In this document: positions 62,505 to 64,000 of the stretch, piece after piece
Layout of the letters: each line of letters starts with the position of its first letter
Position numbering within the stretch: position 1 is the stretch's first letter
Assembly (NCBI GenBank): GCA_965216325.1
Contig: OZ244160.1
Coordinates: 2,368,001-2,432,000, forward strand
Direction of reading: 5' to 3'
Source: Coraliomargarita sp.
Lineage (GTDB): Bacteria > Verrucomicrobiota > Verrucomicrobiia > Opitutales > Coraliomargaritaceae
DNA: 64,000 nt
Program-made: the position numbers and the translations under genes
The notes under the pieces: generated by a model
What the model saw: the letters and a program-made list of their open reading frames with translations, nothing else
Database searches by the model: none
What the model was told of the DNA's origin: nothing

Positions 62505-62777
62505 TTAGTCGAAGTCGGGGAGTGGGCGGTCGACACGAGGCGGCAACTCAAAATCGCCCGGTTCTTGCTTTTTGATCTCGTCTAGCTCGGCGAAAAGCTC
62601 GGCCATCGTCTTCTTGCGCTTCGACTGCTTGTATTCGAGGAATTGCTCGTATTCGTCCATGTCGATCAGCGCGGCGACTGGCTTCTTACGGTTATACAAG
62701 ACCTGTGGTTCGTCCACGCAGGAGCTTACGACTTCCGATAGCCGCGCCTTCGCTTCCGATATCTTCCACTCTTTCAT
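62505..62777 (-). CDS. Phd/YefM family antitoxin
   Basis: WKISEAKARLSEVV...EPQVLYNRKKPVAALI; directly upstream of vapC. Confidence 0.9.
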   Translation of the reverse strand: MKEWKISEAKARLSEVVSSCVDEPQVLYNRKKPVAALIDMDEYEQFLEYKQSKRKKTMAELFAELDEIKKQEPGDFELPPRVDRPLPDFD

Positions 62778-62892
62778 GACTATAAAAAGTAGTCATTATG
62801 ACTATTTATACAAGTCATGAAAGAGTGGAAGTTGAGAATTCGTTTAAAAGATTGCATCTGCTTAAGTTATGGTGTGTCGTGATGGTATGGCG

Positions 62893-63153
62893 ATGATGAC
62901 ACACCGGACAACCTTTGCCTTGGACGAGGAGACCGCTCAGCGCCTGAAGCGACTCTCTGCGAAGTGGAACGTTTCGCAAGCGGAGGTAGTCCGGCGCTCA
63001 CTCAAGCAAGCCGAGACCGAGAGGGAGCCCGACAAGGATCCAGTTGAGATGCTCCGCCAGCTACACGAGCAGGGTGGTGGGCTGGTCGCTGAGGAGGCGG
63101 CGAGCTACCTGAGTGAGATGCGTGAGGATCGCAAACAATGGCGTCGGCAATGA
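62893..63153 (+). CDS. Ribbon-helix-helix (CopG-like) antitoxin; exact start uncertain (62888-62896 region)
   Basis: RTTFALDEETAQRLKRLS...VSQAEVVRRSL; ATGA overlap with the PIN gene. Confidence 0.85.
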   Translation: MMTHRTTFALDEETAQRLKRLSAKWNVSQAEVVRRSLKQAETEREPDKDPVEMLRQLHEQGGGLVAEEAASYLSEMREDRKQWRRQ

Positions 63154-63521
63154 TTTGTCTGGATACGAACTATTTGATTCTGGGCTTGGTTTCGGATTCA
63201 CGTGAAGCGCAGCAGCTCATCGAGTGGCATCGGATGGGTGAGGTGTTAGTTACTGCGATGCCGGCGTGGTATGAGTTTATCTGTGGCCCCGTTTCTGAGG
63301 TTGAAATTGAAATCATGCGGGCCTTTCTTGCTGAGATCATTCCCTTCGGTGAAACTCAGGCGGGCAAGGCGGCAGAGTTGTTTGCCGTATCTGGCCGTAA
63401 GCGAAGTATCAAGGTCGACGCGATGATTGCAGCAACTGCTGTTTGCGCGGGAGCGCATCTAGCGACCAACAATCGTCAGGACTTTGTCCTGTTCGAGGCG
63501 AGTGGTTTGCGGCTTGTCTGA
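63150..63521 (+). CDS. vapC: PIN-domain toxin
   Basis: ICLDTNYLI, AWYEF, VDAMIAATA, LATNNRQDF. Confidence 0.9.
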   Translation: MICLDTNYLILGLVSDSREAQQLIEWHRMGEVLVTAMPAWYEFICGPVSEVEIEIMRAFLAEIIPFGETQAGKAAELFAVSGRKRSIKVDAMIAATAVCAGAHLATNNRQDFVLFEASGLRLV

Positions 63522-63571
63522 TGTGAAAGGCCCCATTGACCCAAATGATTTATCGATCCATTGTTCATGAG

Positions 63572-64000
63572 ATGAGGAAATTCTTAAAGTTGGCAGCGAC
63601 TGTATTCTTATTGCTCACGTCAACATACGCAGAGATCGTGATTAATAATTTTCTCAGTTTTGAGGGCTTTGATGAAGGCCCGAAGGATTGGAACGTGTTG
63701 TATGTTTCGAGGCAGCGGCCGTTGTTTGCTACTGCTTCAAGTATCTACTTCCAACTGTATCTCGATCAGAAGGAAATTTTCGGTTATCATCGGGATGGAG
63801 AGAGTGAGTTAAGTTTTATCCAACCGAATGATCACTATCTTGTATCAACCTCATCGAAAGGTGGCGAGTTGGATACGATTGAAGTTAGGGGGAAAGAGGA
63901 AGGGCAGCTTGTTTATCGAGTTAAAGTCGAGGGGCGGAAAGTATCAGTTGTGTTCGCTCCTGAGGGCTATGTAGATCCGCTCAAAATGATGGATGTCAGC
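63572..64000 (+). CDS. Secreted hypothetical protein, runs off the window end
   Basis: Frame MRKFLKLAATVFLLLTSTYA... stays open for 143 codons to the window end; signal peptide. Confidence 0.7.
   Translation, partial: MRKFLKLAATVFLLLTSTYAEIVINNFLSFEGFDEGPKDWNVLYVSRQRPLFATASSIYFQLYLDQKEIFGYHRDGESELSFIQPNDHYLVSTSSKGGELDTIEVRGKEEGQLVYRVKVEGRKVSVVFAPEGYVDPLKMMDVS

Overview
Probably a marine Verrucomicrobiota (Opitutae, Coraliomargarita-like) chromosome segment; this is inferred from the PEP-CTERM proteins, a Verru_Chthon-A-like pilin and the gene content. Housekeeping-type genes lie at both ends: meaB 3' end, an MBL nuclease, DUF2132, a tandem FKBP and tRNA-His on the left, and DUF456, lysS and toxin-antitoxin pairs on the right. 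Between them is a ~54 kb polysaccharide-utilisation region (2957-57451). It encodes 2 sulfatases, GH29, GH36 and GH63-like hydrolases, two uncharacterised hydrolase-like proteins, a sodium:solute symporter, about 14 esterase-type domains (six of them in two giant modular secreted proteins), two PEP-CTERM proteins, a 1161-aa minor-pilin-like protein and a discoidin-domain sensor kinase with a NarL-type regulator. The main result is an 18-bp palindrome (ATCGCAC-N4-GTGCGAT) present nine times, each 21-22 bp from a -10-like hexamer, in front of nearly every transcription unit of the region. It ties enzymes, surface proteins and the pilin-like gene into one candidate regulon that has no SusC/D pair in this window. 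The window also has a RAYT transposase with its REP doublets, other GTAG-REP families with covarying stems and nested inserts, a 235-bp structured element upstream of lysS, an ADP-ribosyltransferase-like two-gene module, and palindromes covering antitoxin start codons. All calls are by eye; no searches were run.
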